NCBI GenBank assembly: GCA_031424095.1
Contig: JANPGU010000181.1
Span: 1-62,215 of the forward strand
Source of the DNA: Gammaproteobacteria bacterium
Lineage (GTDB): Bacteria; Pseudomonadota; Gammaproteobacteria; Steroidobacterales; Steroidobacteraceae
DNA length: 62,215 bases
Direction: 5' to 3'
Position numbers and translations under genes: made by a program. Below are positions 56,492-62,215 of the stretch, piece by piece. The notes beneath the pieces are model-generated. The model had not been told where the DNA came from. It searched no databases and saw nothing but the letters and a program-made list of their open reading frames with translations. The first letter of the stretch is position 1. The number at the start of each line of letters is the position of its first letter.

Positions 56492-62215
<5,724 letters not shown>

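Overview
High-G+C (about two-thirds by eye) chromosomal segment whose gene content looks like a Xanthomonadales/Lysobacterales-type gammaproteobacterium. All calls come from reading the supplied translations and the DNA, with no database searches. Many long ORFs in the track are wrong-frame or antisense artefacts of the high G+C, or carry false N-terminal extensions. I re-set starts using RBS, signal peptides and ATGA/GTGA stop-start overlaps.

Gene content, left to right:
- tamA (5' part) and nudC.
- A low-GC acyltransferase cassette flanked by 64-bp direct repeats.
- An orphan FlhC-like regulator divergent from an unknown gene.
- A PQQ sugar dehydrogenase and a RES/Xre toxin-antitoxin pair.
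- VOC, rhomboid and SRPBCC genes.
- A ~15-kb translationally coupled MoxR-DUF58-BatA/vWA cluster (9264-24493) with DUF4159, a Cys-less caspase/legumain-like protein, a TPR-gluzincin, a 1211-aa low-complexity protein and a FAD oxidase.
- Iron permease, a Tat-exported SDR and TspO.
- An RND efflux pair.
- An aldehyde dehydrogenase plus a two-subunit hydroquinone-type dioxygenase.
- EthD.
- A TerC-BASS-HD operon.
- A CsgG-like/SH3 protein, ABC-2 exporter and pyrF.
- dmeF-ydbH-ydbL.
- PAP2, GT4, a REC-TM-OmpA-like regulator, an alpha/beta hydrolase and bactofilin.
- A FAD monooxygenase operon.
- gltB and gltD (5' part).

No rRNA, tRNA, CRISPR, transposase or integrase was seen.

Most interesting items:
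- A near-consensus sigma54 promoter with an NtrC-like upstream dyad. It appears to drive a ~100-nt non-coding transcript that ends at a strong terminator (52640-52858).
- The uncharacterised MoxR/vWA mega-operon.
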